In this document: positions 44,666-53,610 of the stretch, piece by piece | How the letters are laid out: each line of letters starts with the position of its first letter | Position numbering within the stretch: position 1 is the stretch's first letter | Source: a virus | Lineage: Duplodnaviria; Caudoviricetes | DNA length: 54,746 nucleotides | Virus record (IMG/VR): IMGVR_UViG_3300000117_000028 | Span: 1 to 54,746 of that record | Strand: one strand, 5' to 3' | The notes under the pieces: generated by a model | The model's input: only the letters and a program-made list of their open reading frames with translations | Told to the model about the DNA's origin: nothing | Database searches by the model: none | Translations under genes and position numbers: made by a program

Positions 44666-46970
44666 AGTAGGAAAGAAAACAGGTAAGCAAACACAAGCAG
44701 GTCGTGATGTATACGAAACACCTGAAGGTGAAATGGTATCCGAAAAATCTACAACTATTGAGTATAAAGGCAAGTGGATTAATGTTCCTACTATACACGG
44801 CGGTAAACAATATTCTGAAGATGAATTAATGGAAATGCTAGATAAGGGTTTAATAAAGCCTACTAGCGCACACGACAAATTAGAAGAAGCTATTCAGGCG
44901 GCACAAAGCCGTAGTGATTCTCTTGAATTTAATAAAGGCGGTACTCCTATGTTAGAAAAACAAATGGAACTCTTTGAAGATGGTGGCCTTCGTGATGAAG
45001 GTGGCATGGTAGATAAGGTATCTGGTAATGATGTACCAGTAGGTAGTACTCGTAAAGAAGTACGAGATGATATTCCTGCTATGCTGAGTGAGGGTGAGTT
45101 TGTTTTTCCAGCCGATGTAGTTCGTTATATTGGTTTAGAAAACTTAATGCGTATAAGACAAGATGCCAAGCAAGGCTTAAAACAAATGGATGCTATGGGT
45201 CAGATGGGTAATGGTGATGAAGCTGTGCTACCTGATGATATGCCGTTTGGTGTAATGGATTTAATTATTGTTGATGGTGAAGAAGAACCACAAGAGAAAG
45301 CACATGGTGGTGTTATTCACGCTAACCAAGGTACGTTTGTAACTCCTATGTTTAATCCATCAGATCAAGATGTACGTGAGTATAAAAACGATAAAGGTGA
45401 TAGCTTGTTTATACCATTCTTAGGTGGTGAACCAGTATACCCAATTCCAACAGGCTACTTTCCAGCAGGACAAGCACCAGCACCAGCAGAAACAGAAACA
45501 GAACAGGCTATTCCTGTAAGGGATAATAATGATCCACCACCTCCCCCACCACAATCAGAGTTCCAGAAAGCTGGCGGCTTTGGTATGGACACTTCTGCTA
45601 CAGACGGTAAAGTTTTAGATATGTGGATTAAAGAAGCGGAAAAAGTAGGTACTGTTGGCAATGTAGTTGCAGGCATTGCTACTGCTATTAACCCACTAAT
45701 GGGTGTTGCTATAGCTCTTGCAAACAAAAAACAAAAGAAAGACATTGTAGCAATGCTTGACGAAAAAATTGCTCAAGCAAAAAAGACCCCTATTGCAGGG
45801 CAAGTTAAAGCTTTACGTGATTTAAAAACTCGTTTGACAACAACCGAAGGTAAGGGTATACTGTCTAAAGTAGTTAGCGGAATTATGGATACTGTTTCTA
45901 ACGCACTAGGTTTTGGTGAGGAAGAAAAAGCAAAGGCAAAAGCTGTATCAGGTACAGTTGCTGGACAAGACCCAAATGAGCCTGATGCCGCAACCGAACA
46001 AGCTGTTGAGAAAAGTTTACGTCCACAACCTCGTCCTGATGGACTAAAAACAACAGCAGAAAATATAGCAGAAAGAGAAGCAAGAGAAGCAGAAATAGCT
46101 AAACTAGGACAAGAATCAGCAATCGCAATGGCAGAGGATCAGGATTTTATACAAAAAACCCTAGCGGAAAAAGCAGCAGCTAAATTTAATGCAGATGAAG
46201 AAGCCGTTATGAATCAGTCTGTTGATTTAGAAGCTACTGACGGACCTACTACACCAGAACTTCCTCGTGTGCGTGAGCTTCAAAGCTATTTAACCAAACT
46301 TGATACTGGAGAAGTTGAAGATAAAACATTATTTCAGCCTGATCGCAATAGCAGGTTTGGATTTGGAGGAAATGAAAATAGAATAGACGAGCCACCAATT
46401 ATAGCTATGCCAGAAGAACCTACTGTTTCAGTACCTTCGTTAACTGAACCAGATACATTACCTATACGCACTTCTTTAATGCAAGATAAAGCTAGGGCTA
46501 CAATAGCCGCTAATGCACCTGCTACTGTTACAACTGCTGTAGATGATCTTCGTAAAAGTATATCTGATTTGCTTGGCGCTGAAAGCGGAGCTACGGCTAT
46601 GTCCTCATTATCGGGCTTTGGTGAAAATGCATCAAGTCAAGCTATTAAATCGTATCTTGAAAAAGCTATGAATAACGTAGATACAATTATAAAAGGTCAG
46701 GATGCACCCACTGTTACACCTACTGCTGCAGCACCCGCACCAAGTGGTGGAAATGACGATGATGGTCCGAGCTTCACGGCTGCACCTACACCTACATCTA
46801 ATGTGGGCAATCTTCAGGGGATGTCTACAGCAGAAAAAACAGCAGCCGTGGCAAGAAAAACAGACAACCTATCATCTACAGAAAGAACAGGTGGTGCAAA
46901 ATTGGATAGTGCGCTAGGAATAAGTGGACTAAACAAAGGTGGCTTTGCTAAAAGAAAAAATAAAAAGTAA
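44658..46970 (+). CDS. Large head-associated / internal virion protein
   Basis: DDIPAMLSEGEFVFPADVV motif, low-complexity C-terminus; between portal and scaffold. Confidence 0.6.
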   Translation: MAEVGKKTGKQTQAGRDVYETPEGEMVSEKSTTIEYKGKWINVPTIHGGKQYSEDELMEMLDKGLIKPTSAHDKLEEAIQAAQSRSDSLEFNKGGTPMLEKQMELFEDGGLRDEGGMVDKVSGNDVPVGSTRKEVRDDIPAMLSEGEFVFPADVVRYIGLENLMRIRQDAKQGLKQMDAMGQMGNGDEAVLPDDMPFGVMDLIIVDGEEEPQEKAHGGVIHANQGTFVTPMFNPSDQDVREYKNDKGDSLFIPFLGGEPVYPIPTGYFPAGQAPAPAETETEQAIPVRDNNDPPPPPPQSEFQKAGGFGMDTSATDGKVLDMWIKEAEKVGTVGNVVAGIATAINPLMGVAIALANKKQKKDIVAMLDEKIAQAKKTPIAGQVKALRDLKTRLTTTEGKGILSKVVSGIMDTVSNALGFGEEEKAKAKAVSGTVAGQDPNEPDAATEQAVEKSLRPQPRPDGLKTTAENIAEREAREAEIAKLGQESAIAMAEDQDFIQKTLAEKAAAKFNADEEAVMNQSVDLEATDGPTTPELPRVRELQSYLTKLDTGEVEDKTLFQPDRNSRFGFGGNENRIDEPPIIAMPEEPTVSVPSLTEPDTLPIRTSLMQDKARATIAANAPATVTTAVDDLRKSISDLLGAESGATAMSSLSGFGENASSQAIKSYLEKAMNNVDTIIKGQDAPTVTPTAAAPAPSGGNDDDGPSFTAAPTPTSNVGNLQGMSTAEKTAAVARKTDNLSSTERTGGAKLDSALGISGLNKGGFAKRKNKK

Positions 46971-46982
46971 GCACCTAATATG

Positions 46983-47027
46983 ACTGGCCTACCCATCCCC
47001 CTCCAACAAGGCTACGGTGGCCCCAGT
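46983..47027 (+). promoter_or_regulatory. Hairpin adjacent to the scaffold RBS
   Basis: ACTGG-CC-TACC...GGTG-GCC-CCAGT directly before SD AAGGAAG. Confidence 0.45.
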
Positions 47028-47039
47028 AAGGAAGACTAA

Positions 47040-47915
47040 ATGTCAGAAAATATGGAAGTAATGGCTTCAACTATGGAAGCCCCCAAGAAAGTAGCATTTG
47101 CTAATAAAAAGTATTCAAACGAAGATAGACTTAAACGAGATGAAGAAGAACTAGAACGTTTGATTTCTGAACAAAAAGGTGAAGCGGTAGAGGAAAGTGA
47201 ACCTCAAGAAGTTGAACCAGCAAATGCAGAAGAACGCAGTTTTAAAAAACGGTATGGTGATCTCCGGCGACACCAGCAAGCTAAAGAAAAAGAATACGAA
47301 GATCGTATTGCAACACTTGAGAAACAATTAAACGAGTCAACTAAACAAGAGATTAAGCTGCCAAAGTCAGATGAAGACATTGAAGCTTGGTCTAAACGTT
47401 ATCCTGATGTTTCCGCCATTGTTGAAACAATTGCAATTAAAAAAGCAAAAGAGCAATCTGCCCAGTTAGAAGAGCGTGTACGGGCAGTAGACGAAATGCG
47501 TGAAAGTGCAGTACGTGAAAAAGCCGAAGTTGAATTACTTAAATTGCATCCAGACTTTAATGACATTCGTGATAACGATGACTTTCATGAGTGGGCAGAT
47601 GAACAACCTAAATGGGTGCAGGATGCATTATACGAAAATGATAACGATGCTCGTTCTGCCGCTCGTGCAATTGATCTTTATAAATCGGATCGTGGGATCA
47701 CCACTAAAAAGAAATCTACTTCAAAGGACGCCGCTCGTTCTGTAAACACACGAAGTGAGCGCAGCAATATTCAGGCTAATGGTAGCGGTAGTGCTATTCG
47801 TGAGTCTGAAGTACAAAAGATGTCTGCAATAGAATACGAAAAAAATGCTGACGAGATCATGGAAGCTATTCGTACAGGCAACTTTATTTACGATTTATCT
47901 GGTTCCGCCCGATAA
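47040..47915 (+). CDS. Capsid scaffolding protein
   Basis: Acidic coiled coil, FKKRYGDLRR and HPDF motifs; immediately upstream of the capsid gene. Confidence 0.75.
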   Translation: MSENMEVMASTMEAPKKVAFANKKYSNEDRLKRDEEELERLISEQKGEAVEESEPQEVEPANAEERSFKKRYGDLRRHQQAKEKEYEDRIATLEKQLNESTKQEIKLPKSDEDIEAWSKRYPDVSAIVETIAIKKAKEQSAQLEERVRAVDEMRESAVREKAEVELLKLHPDFNDIRDNDDFHEWADEQPKWVQDALYENDNDARSAARAIDLYKSDRGITTKKKSTSKDAARSVNTRSERSNIQANGSGSAIRESEVQKMSAIEYEKNADEIMEAIRTGNFIYDLSGSAR

Positions 47916-47921
47916 ATAGTA

Positions 47922-47951
47922 TTGACATATAGATTATTTATGATATAACTA
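47922..47951 (+). promoter_or_regulatory. Major capsid promoter
   Basis: TTGACA (47922-47927) - 16 nt - TATAACTA. Confidence 0.7.
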
Positions 47952-48189
47952 TATGTGAATAAGTGTAATAGTATGGCCCCGCTAGGTATTAACTACGGTT
48001 ACCCATACTATAAACACTAACATAGCAAACAATATAACTTTTCGGATTACCTAAAAACGTATGGCCCATTTAAACTAAAGTATGACTGATCATCATAGTT
48101 TAGATATTAAGTGCACCCATAAACGATTAGCCTCTATAATAAGTAATACATAGTTTGCATCTGTAAAACTAATGCTAAGGAGAATTACG

Positions 48190-49260
48190 ATGGCATTCGG
48201 TTCCGCAGGGGGTTATACCAACCTCCCCAATGGTAACTTTTCCCCAGTTATCTATTCCAAACAGGTGCAACTTGCATTCCGCAAAGCATCTATTACTGAA
48301 GCAATCACTAACAATGATTATTTCGGAGAAATCGCCAACATGGGCGATACAGTAAAAATCATCAAAGAACCCGAAATTTCCGTGTCGGCATATCTACGTG
48401 GTACAACAATCGCACCACAAGATTTGGCTGATGCTGATTTCTCGTTAGTTGTTGATAAAGCTAACTATTTTGCTTTCAAAGTAGACGATATTGAAGAGGC
48501 TCATAGCCACATCAATTTCCAAACTCTTGCATCTGATCGTGCCGCCTTCCGTTTGGCTGACCAACATGACCAAGAAGTTCTTGGCTATTTGGCTGGTTAC
48601 AAACAGGCTGCATTACACGCAAATGCAGGCGTAGTAAACAATGTAGTCAATGGTACTAAAGCTAATGCAGCTGCAGGTACTGACGAACTCCTAGCAGCTA
48701 ACAAGCTGAATAAAGTTTCGTTTGGCAACATTACTACTGCTTCAGCTGCGGATCACTCTATCCCAGTTGCTGCACGTCTTCCCGGTGCAACGGCACTTCC
48801 AACTGCTTATGTCTCACCTGCAATGCTTGTTGCACGTATGGCACGTCTGTTGGATGCGCAAAACATACCTACACAGGGACGGTGGATCGTAATTGACCCG
48901 GTAATGATGGAAGTACTTCGTGACGAAGATTCACGTCTTTTGAACGCAGACTTCGGTGGTGCTGGTCTACAGAATGGTCTGGTGTTAAACAACTTCCACG
49001 GTTTCCGTGTACATGTTTCAAACAACCTTCCTTCCGTAGGAACTGGTCCATCGACAACAGGTACAGCTAACCAGAACACTAACTATGGTGTGATTGTTGC
49101 TGGACACGATTCATCTGTTGCAACTGCAGAGCAGATCAACAAGACGGAAACATACCGTGACCCAGACAGCTTTGCTGACATTGTTCGTGGTATGCATCTC
49201 TATGGGCGCAAAATCTTGCGTCCTGAAGGTCTTGTTACAGCTAAGTATAACTTGGCTTAA
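48190..49260 (+). CDS. Major capsid protein
   Basis: AAGGAG SD; FSPVIYSK, GDTVKI, YFAFKVDDIE, DIVRGMHLYGRKILRPE; followed by a terminator. Confidence 0.9.
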   Translation: MAFGSAGGYTNLPNGNFSPVIYSKQVQLAFRKASITEAITNNDYFGEIANMGDTVKIIKEPEISVSAYLRGTTIAPQDLADADFSLVVDKANYFAFKVDDIEEAHSHINFQTLASDRAAFRLADQHDQEVLGYLAGYKQAALHANAGVVNNVVNGTKANAAAGTDELLAANKLNKVSFGNITTASAADHSIPVAARLPGATALPTAYVSPAMLVARMARLLDAQNIPTQGRWIVIDPVMMEVLRDEDSRLLNADFGGAGLQNGLVLNNFHGFRVHVSNNLPSVGTGPSTTGTANQNTNYGVIVAGHDSSVATAEQINKTETYRDPDSFADIVRGMHLYGRKILRPEGLVTAKYNLA

Positions 49261-49270
49261 AACAATTGCT

Positions 49271-49298
49271 GGGGGCTGGCTTCGGCTGGCCCCTTTGT
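49271..49298 (+). terminator. Rho-independent terminator after the capsid gene (probably leaky)
   Basis: GGGGCTGGC-TTCG-GCTGGCCCC stem with a cUUCGg loop and a short TTTGT tail. Confidence 0.8.
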
Positions 49299-49320
49299 GC
49301 TTACTATAAAGGTTCTACTA

Positions 49321-49758
49321 ATGTCAATCACTACAGCAGTATGTAACAGCTTTAAGCAGGAACTGCTTGGTGGTGTGCATGACTTAGATACCGACACAAT
49401 AAAAGTTGCACTAATTAAAGTATCGCCAACTGGTACTTATAATTCAAGTACAACAAACTACGCAGACGTTACAAACAATTCAGATGAAGCTTTAGGTGTA
49501 GGTTATACTGCTGGTGGAAACACACTAACAGGTGCAACTATTGCTTTAGACAGTTCTACTGCTACAGTCGATTATGACAATACCACATGGTCATCCGTAA
49601 CTGTTTCTGCTGATGGGTGTATCATTTATAACTCATCTAAGTCCAACAGAGCTATTGCTGTAGTTTCTTTTGGTTCAACTAAGAAGTCTATCAATGGGGA
49701 TTTTACAGTTCAATTTCCCGCAGCAGACGCATCTAACGCCATAATACGTATTGCATAA
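49321..49758 (+). CDS. Virion structural protein
   Basis: CNSFKQELL...KVAL...GYTAGG...GDFTVQFP; paralog of the next gene. Confidence 0.65.
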   Translation: MSITTAVCNSFKQELLGGVHDLDTDTIKVALIKVSPTGTYNSSTTNYADVTNNSDEALGVGYTAGGNTLTGATIALDSSTATVDYDNTTWSSVTVSADGCIIYNSSKSNRAIAVVSFGSTKKSINGDFTVQFPAADASNAIIRIA

Positions 49759-49769
49759 GGAGTAAACAA

Positions 49770-50207
49770 ATGGCATCTTTTAATAAGGTTAATGACTTCG
49801 TTAAAAACGCAGTCCACAATATGGACTTGGAATCAGACCAGTTCGTAGTTGCACTATCAAACACAGCACCAGCATCTGAATCTTCAAATCCAGAATCAGA
49901 TGGTAATGGTATTATTGGTAATGTAACAGAGATAGCATATACAAATCTATCTTCTCGTAACATTACAACTACTTCATCTGCACAGTCAGGTGGTACATAT
50001 AAGTTGGTTCTTTCAGACATTACACTAACATCTACGGGTGGTTCAACTGGCCCATTCCGCTACATCTATATCTATGATGATACAGTAACAACACCTGCTG
50101 ATCCTATTGTTGGTTACTATGATTATGGTTCATCCTTAACTCTGAACGATGGTGATAGCTTTACTGTAGACTTTAATGCTGCTAACGGTGTAATTCAACT
50201 TACGTAA
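49770..50207 (+). CDS. Virion structural protein
   Basis: AAGGAG SD; GPFRYIYIYDD...GDSFTVDF; same fold pattern as the previous gene. Confidence 0.65.
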   Translation: MASFNKVNDFVKNAVHNMDLESDQFVVALSNTAPASESSNPESDGNGIIGNVTEIAYTNLSSRNITTTSSAQSGGTYKLVLSDITLTSTGGSTGPFRYIYIYDDTVTTPADPIVGYYDYGSSLTLNDGDSFTVDFNAANGVIQLT

Positions 50208-50219
50208 GGTTAAAGATCA

Positions 50220-50594
50220 ATGGTCACTCTTGTAAATAGAGCAAAGATGTCCACTAGTACGATAGGTACAGGGACAATAACTTTGGGTAGTGCCGAAAGC
50301 GGCTACCAGAGCTTTGCTGATGCAGGGGTGACTGATGGTGACACAGTAAGATATACTATTGAAGATGGCACAGCCTTTGAGATTGGCTCTGGTGTATATA
50401 CAGCCACAGGTACTACCTTGAGTAGGACAGTATCTGAAAGCTCTAACTTAGGTTCAGCTATCAGCTTGTCTGGTTCTGCAACTGTATTTGTTACAGCTAC
50501 TGCAAGAGATATTAATATATACGATGTAGATGGTGGTAATGCTTCGTCTGTTTATGATGCAAGTCTACAAGCTCTTGATGGGGGTTCTGCCTAA
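50220..50594 (+). CDS. Tail-fibre attachment-type structural protein
   Basis: NRAKxxTxTxGTGTITLG...FEIGxGxY...LSR motif seen in fibre N-termini. Confidence 0.6.
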   Translation: MVTLVNRAKMSTSTIGTGTITLGSAESGYQSFADAGVTDGDTVRYTIEDGTAFEIGSGVYTATGTTLSRTVSESSNLGSAISLSGSATVFVTATARDINIYDVDGGNASSVYDASLQALDGGSA

Positions 50595-52333
50595 TGGCAA
50601 ATAAGATACAAATACGTAGAGATGTTGCTGCTAACTGGACTAGCAGTAACCCTACTTTGTCACAAGGTGAGCAAGGCTACGAGACAGACACAGGCAAGAT
50701 AAAGATCGGTGATGGCTCTACAGCTTGGACTAGCTTAGGTTATTCTTTTGAGGGTAGTACTGTAGGTGGTGCTACAGGCACAGACTACGATGATGATGTA
50801 AAGGTTCGTTTCGGTACTGGTAATGACTTAGAGATTTACCACGATGGTACGACAAATAATTCTTACATCAAAGAGACTAACGCTTCTGGTCACTTAATTA
50901 TCCAAGGCCAAGAAATACAATTTGATAATGCCGCTGGAACAAGTTTAATGAACTTGAGTGGTTCTCAAATTGAACTGTTGCATGGTGGCAGCACAAAGCT
51001 AGAAACCACGTCATCTGGCATTCAAACCACGGGTACAGTCAATGTAAACGGAGCCTACACTCTACCCACATCAGACGGTACTAACGGACAAGTGCTTACC
51101 ACAGATGGCTCAGGTGCTGTTACGTTTGCAGATGCTGGCGGCGGTGGGGCTGCTTTAGAGTTATACGCTGAGAACCCTAGTTCACCTACAGCGCCTAGTG
51201 CTACTGGCACAAATGCTGTTGCAATAGGTAGCGGTTCAAGTGCTACAGGAACAAAAGCAATTTCTATTGGTGACACTGGTTCTATTGCAGCGCAAGAAGC
51301 TGTAGGTATAGGTGATGCTGCTATTGTCTATAGTAGTGCTACACAAGGTGTTGCAGTCGGTAAGGATACTCAGGTAGGTGGTGCTTATTCGGCAGCCCTT
51401 GGTACAAAGGCAAATGTTTCAAGCGGTCAATATGCAACGGCAATTGGTTGTAATAGTGCTGCAGCTGGTGCAACAGTAGCTGGCAATGGCGCAATCGCAA
51501 TTGGTGCTTCCTACGCCTCTGGCACAGACAGCTTTGCTGCAGCTATAGATTTAAATTCGTCAAGCTATGGTGCACTTAGCAGTAATAGTGTTGCAATAGG
51601 TAAATATGCCAAGTCTAATAGTAGTAACGGAGTTGCAATAGGTAATGGATCATTAGCTTCAGGTTTAAGTGCTGTTACATTAGGTATAAGTTCATTAGCA
51701 AGTGGAACTTTTTCTACAGCAATAGGCTATGGGTCTTATGCATCGGCAGGTAACTCTGTATCTGTTGGTAGGTCGTCTAATGCATCTGGGAGCCAGTCTT
51801 TAGCATTAGGTTATCAATCAAGTGCTTCAGGTACACACTCTGCTGCTATTGGTAGAAACGCAAAAGCAGAGTTATATGGTAAATTAGCTTATACTGCACA
51901 TGACTTTGGTGCTAGTAGCATCTATAGCCAAGCAGGTACTTATGTACTTATGTCCGACACAACCGATGCTACAGCAGAGGCTCTGACAACAAACAACAGC
52001 ACTGCTGGCGCCACCAACCAAATCATCCTCCCCAACAACGGTGCCTACAGCTTCTCAGGCACAATCATAGCAAGGGAAGATGCAACAGATGGCAGTGACT
52101 ACGCAAGTTGGGAAATCAAGGGTGCATTGTTGCGTGACGCCAATGCTGCATCGACTGTGCTTGGCAACGGCATCAAGAATAAGCTGTATGCCTCTGCTGG
52201 TGCCTCTGCGTGGGACATTGCACTTACTGCTGACACAACCAACGGCGGCTTGAAGATAGAGGTCACTGGCGCAGCAAGCACAAACATTAGGTGGGTTGCC
52301 ACGGTCAACACAAGCGAGGTTACATACGCATAA
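50594..52333 (+). CDS. Tail fibre 1: Mtd/hyaluronidase-type N-terminus plus YadA-like beta-roll repeats
   Basis: IQIRRD.AANW...NP.L..GE.GYETDT.K.KIGDG; 14-aa AxAIG repeats; conserved C-terminal domain. Confidence 0.85.
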   Translation: MANKIQIRRDVAANWTSSNPTLSQGEQGYETDTGKIKIGDGSTAWTSLGYSFEGSTVGGATGTDYDDDVKVRFGTGNDLEIYHDGTTNNSYIKETNASGHLIIQGQEIQFDNAAGTSLMNLSGSQIELLHGGSTKLETTSSGIQTTGTVNVNGAYTLPTSDGTNGQVLTTDGSGAVTFADAGGGGAALELYAENPSSPTAPSATGTNAVAIGSGSSATGTKAISIGDTGSIAAQEAVGIGDAAIVYSSATQGVAVGKDTQVGGAYSAALGTKANVSSGQYATAIGCNSAAAGATVAGNGAIAIGASYASGTDSFAAAIDLNSSSYGALSSNSVAIGKYAKSNSSNGVAIGNGSLASGLSAVTLGISSLASGTFSTAIGYGSYASAGNSVSVGRSSNASGSQSLALGYQSSASGTHSAAIGRNAKAELYGKLAYTAHDFGASSIYSQAGTYVLMSDTTDATAEALTTNNSTAGATNQIILPNNGAYSFSGTIIAREDATDGSDYASWEIKGALLRDANAASTVLGNGIKNKLYASAGASAWDIALTADTTNGGLKIEVTGAASTNIRWVATVNTSEVTYA

Positions 52334-53610
52334 TGGGTAAAATTGAATTAGATCACACAGGCTCAGGCAGCGGCGTTACACTTAGCTCTGACGGTACTGA
52401 CCTGCTCTTAGATGGAGCAGCTATTGGTGGTGGCGGTGCAGCACTTGAGTTGTATGCTGAGAACCCTAGTAGTGCTACAGCGCCAACAACGGCTGGTGCT
52501 AATGATATTGCTATAGGTAGTGGTGCTGATACTCTATTAACTTCTACTGATAAGTTGGCGATTGGAACTAGCACAACAGCGCAAGGCAACTACGCAACAG
52601 CAGTAGGTGCTTACGCTCGTGCTGACGGCAATAACTCATCCGCTGCTTTTGGATATGCAACCGATGCAGGAGGTCAAGGTGCTTTAGCTTTAGGGTATTT
52701 AGCTAGCGCTCAAGGCTCACAAGCTACTGCCATAAATTATTCTTACGCCTCTGGTGCAAGCAGCTTTGCAGCAGCTATAACCAACAACACGGCTAGCTAT
52801 GGTGCTACGGGGGCTAACTCTGTGGCTATTGGGTATCAGGCGAAAGCAACTCAAAGCTACGCATTTGCAGTTGGTTATCAGGCACAGGCAACAAACAACA
52901 CATCTATTTCAATGGGCTTTCAATCAGTATCTTCAGGCAGTCAAAGTATTGCTTTGGGATATAAAGGTCAGGCAACTGGAATTAAATCCTTTGGTGTTCA
53001 TAACAATACTAACGGTGGTGCAACAGGAACTAATTCAGTTGCAATTGGTGATAGCTGTTTGGCAAGTTCAGTTAATTCTATAGCTATTGGACAAAATGCA
53101 AAAGCTGATGCTAATACATCGGTTGCTATCGGTAAATACGTTGACACAAAAGGTATTTTTGGCAAGTTTGTATTTAGTGCTGCTTCTCTGTCAGGAAACG
53201 CCGATGGGTCTTCACAGTCAGGCAAGCAAGTTCTTATGTGTGACACTACAGATGCCACCGCAGAGGCTTTAAATGCTCATAATGGTACAGCATCTGCAAC
53301 CAACCAAGTCATCCTACCCAACAACTCAGCCTATTTCTTCAGCGGAACCTGCGTAGCTCGTGAGAGTGCCACCGATGGTACAGACATGGGTGCATGGGAG
53401 TTTAAGGGTTGCATACGCCGTGAAGCCAACGCTGGCACAACAACACTTGTTAGCTCAACTATTGACGAGTTCTCAGCACCTACGGGTTGGTCTATTGCAT
53501 TAAGTGCAGACACGACAAACGGTGGATTAGCTGTTACAGTGACAGGTGCGGCATCTACTAACATTAGGTGGGTTGCTACCGTACATACATCGGAGGTTAC
53601 ATACGCATAA
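52333..53610 (+). CDS. Tail fibre 2 (paralog) with YadA-like repeats
   Basis: Probable true start at TAATG 52333 (MGKIELDH); same repeats and C-terminal domain as fibre 1. Confidence 0.85.
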   Translation: MGKIELDHTGSGSGVTLSSDGTDLLLDGAAIGGGGAALELYAENPSSATAPTTAGANDIAIGSGADTLLTSTDKLAIGTSTTAQGNYATAVGAYARADGNNSSAAFGYATDAGGQGALALGYLASAQGSQATAINYSYASGASSFAAAITNNTASYGATGANSVAIGYQAKATQSYAFAVGYQAQATNNTSISMGFQSVSSGSQSIALGYKGQATGIKSFGVHNNTNGGATGTNSVAIGDSCLASSVNSIAIGQNAKADANTSVAIGKYVDTKGIFGKFVFSAASLSGNADGSSQSGKQVLMCDTTDATAEALNAHNGTASATNQVILPNNSAYFFSGTCVARESATDGTDMGAWEFKGCIRREANAGTTTLVSSTIDEFSAPTGWSIALSADTTNGGLAVTVTGAASTNIRWVATVHTSEVTYA

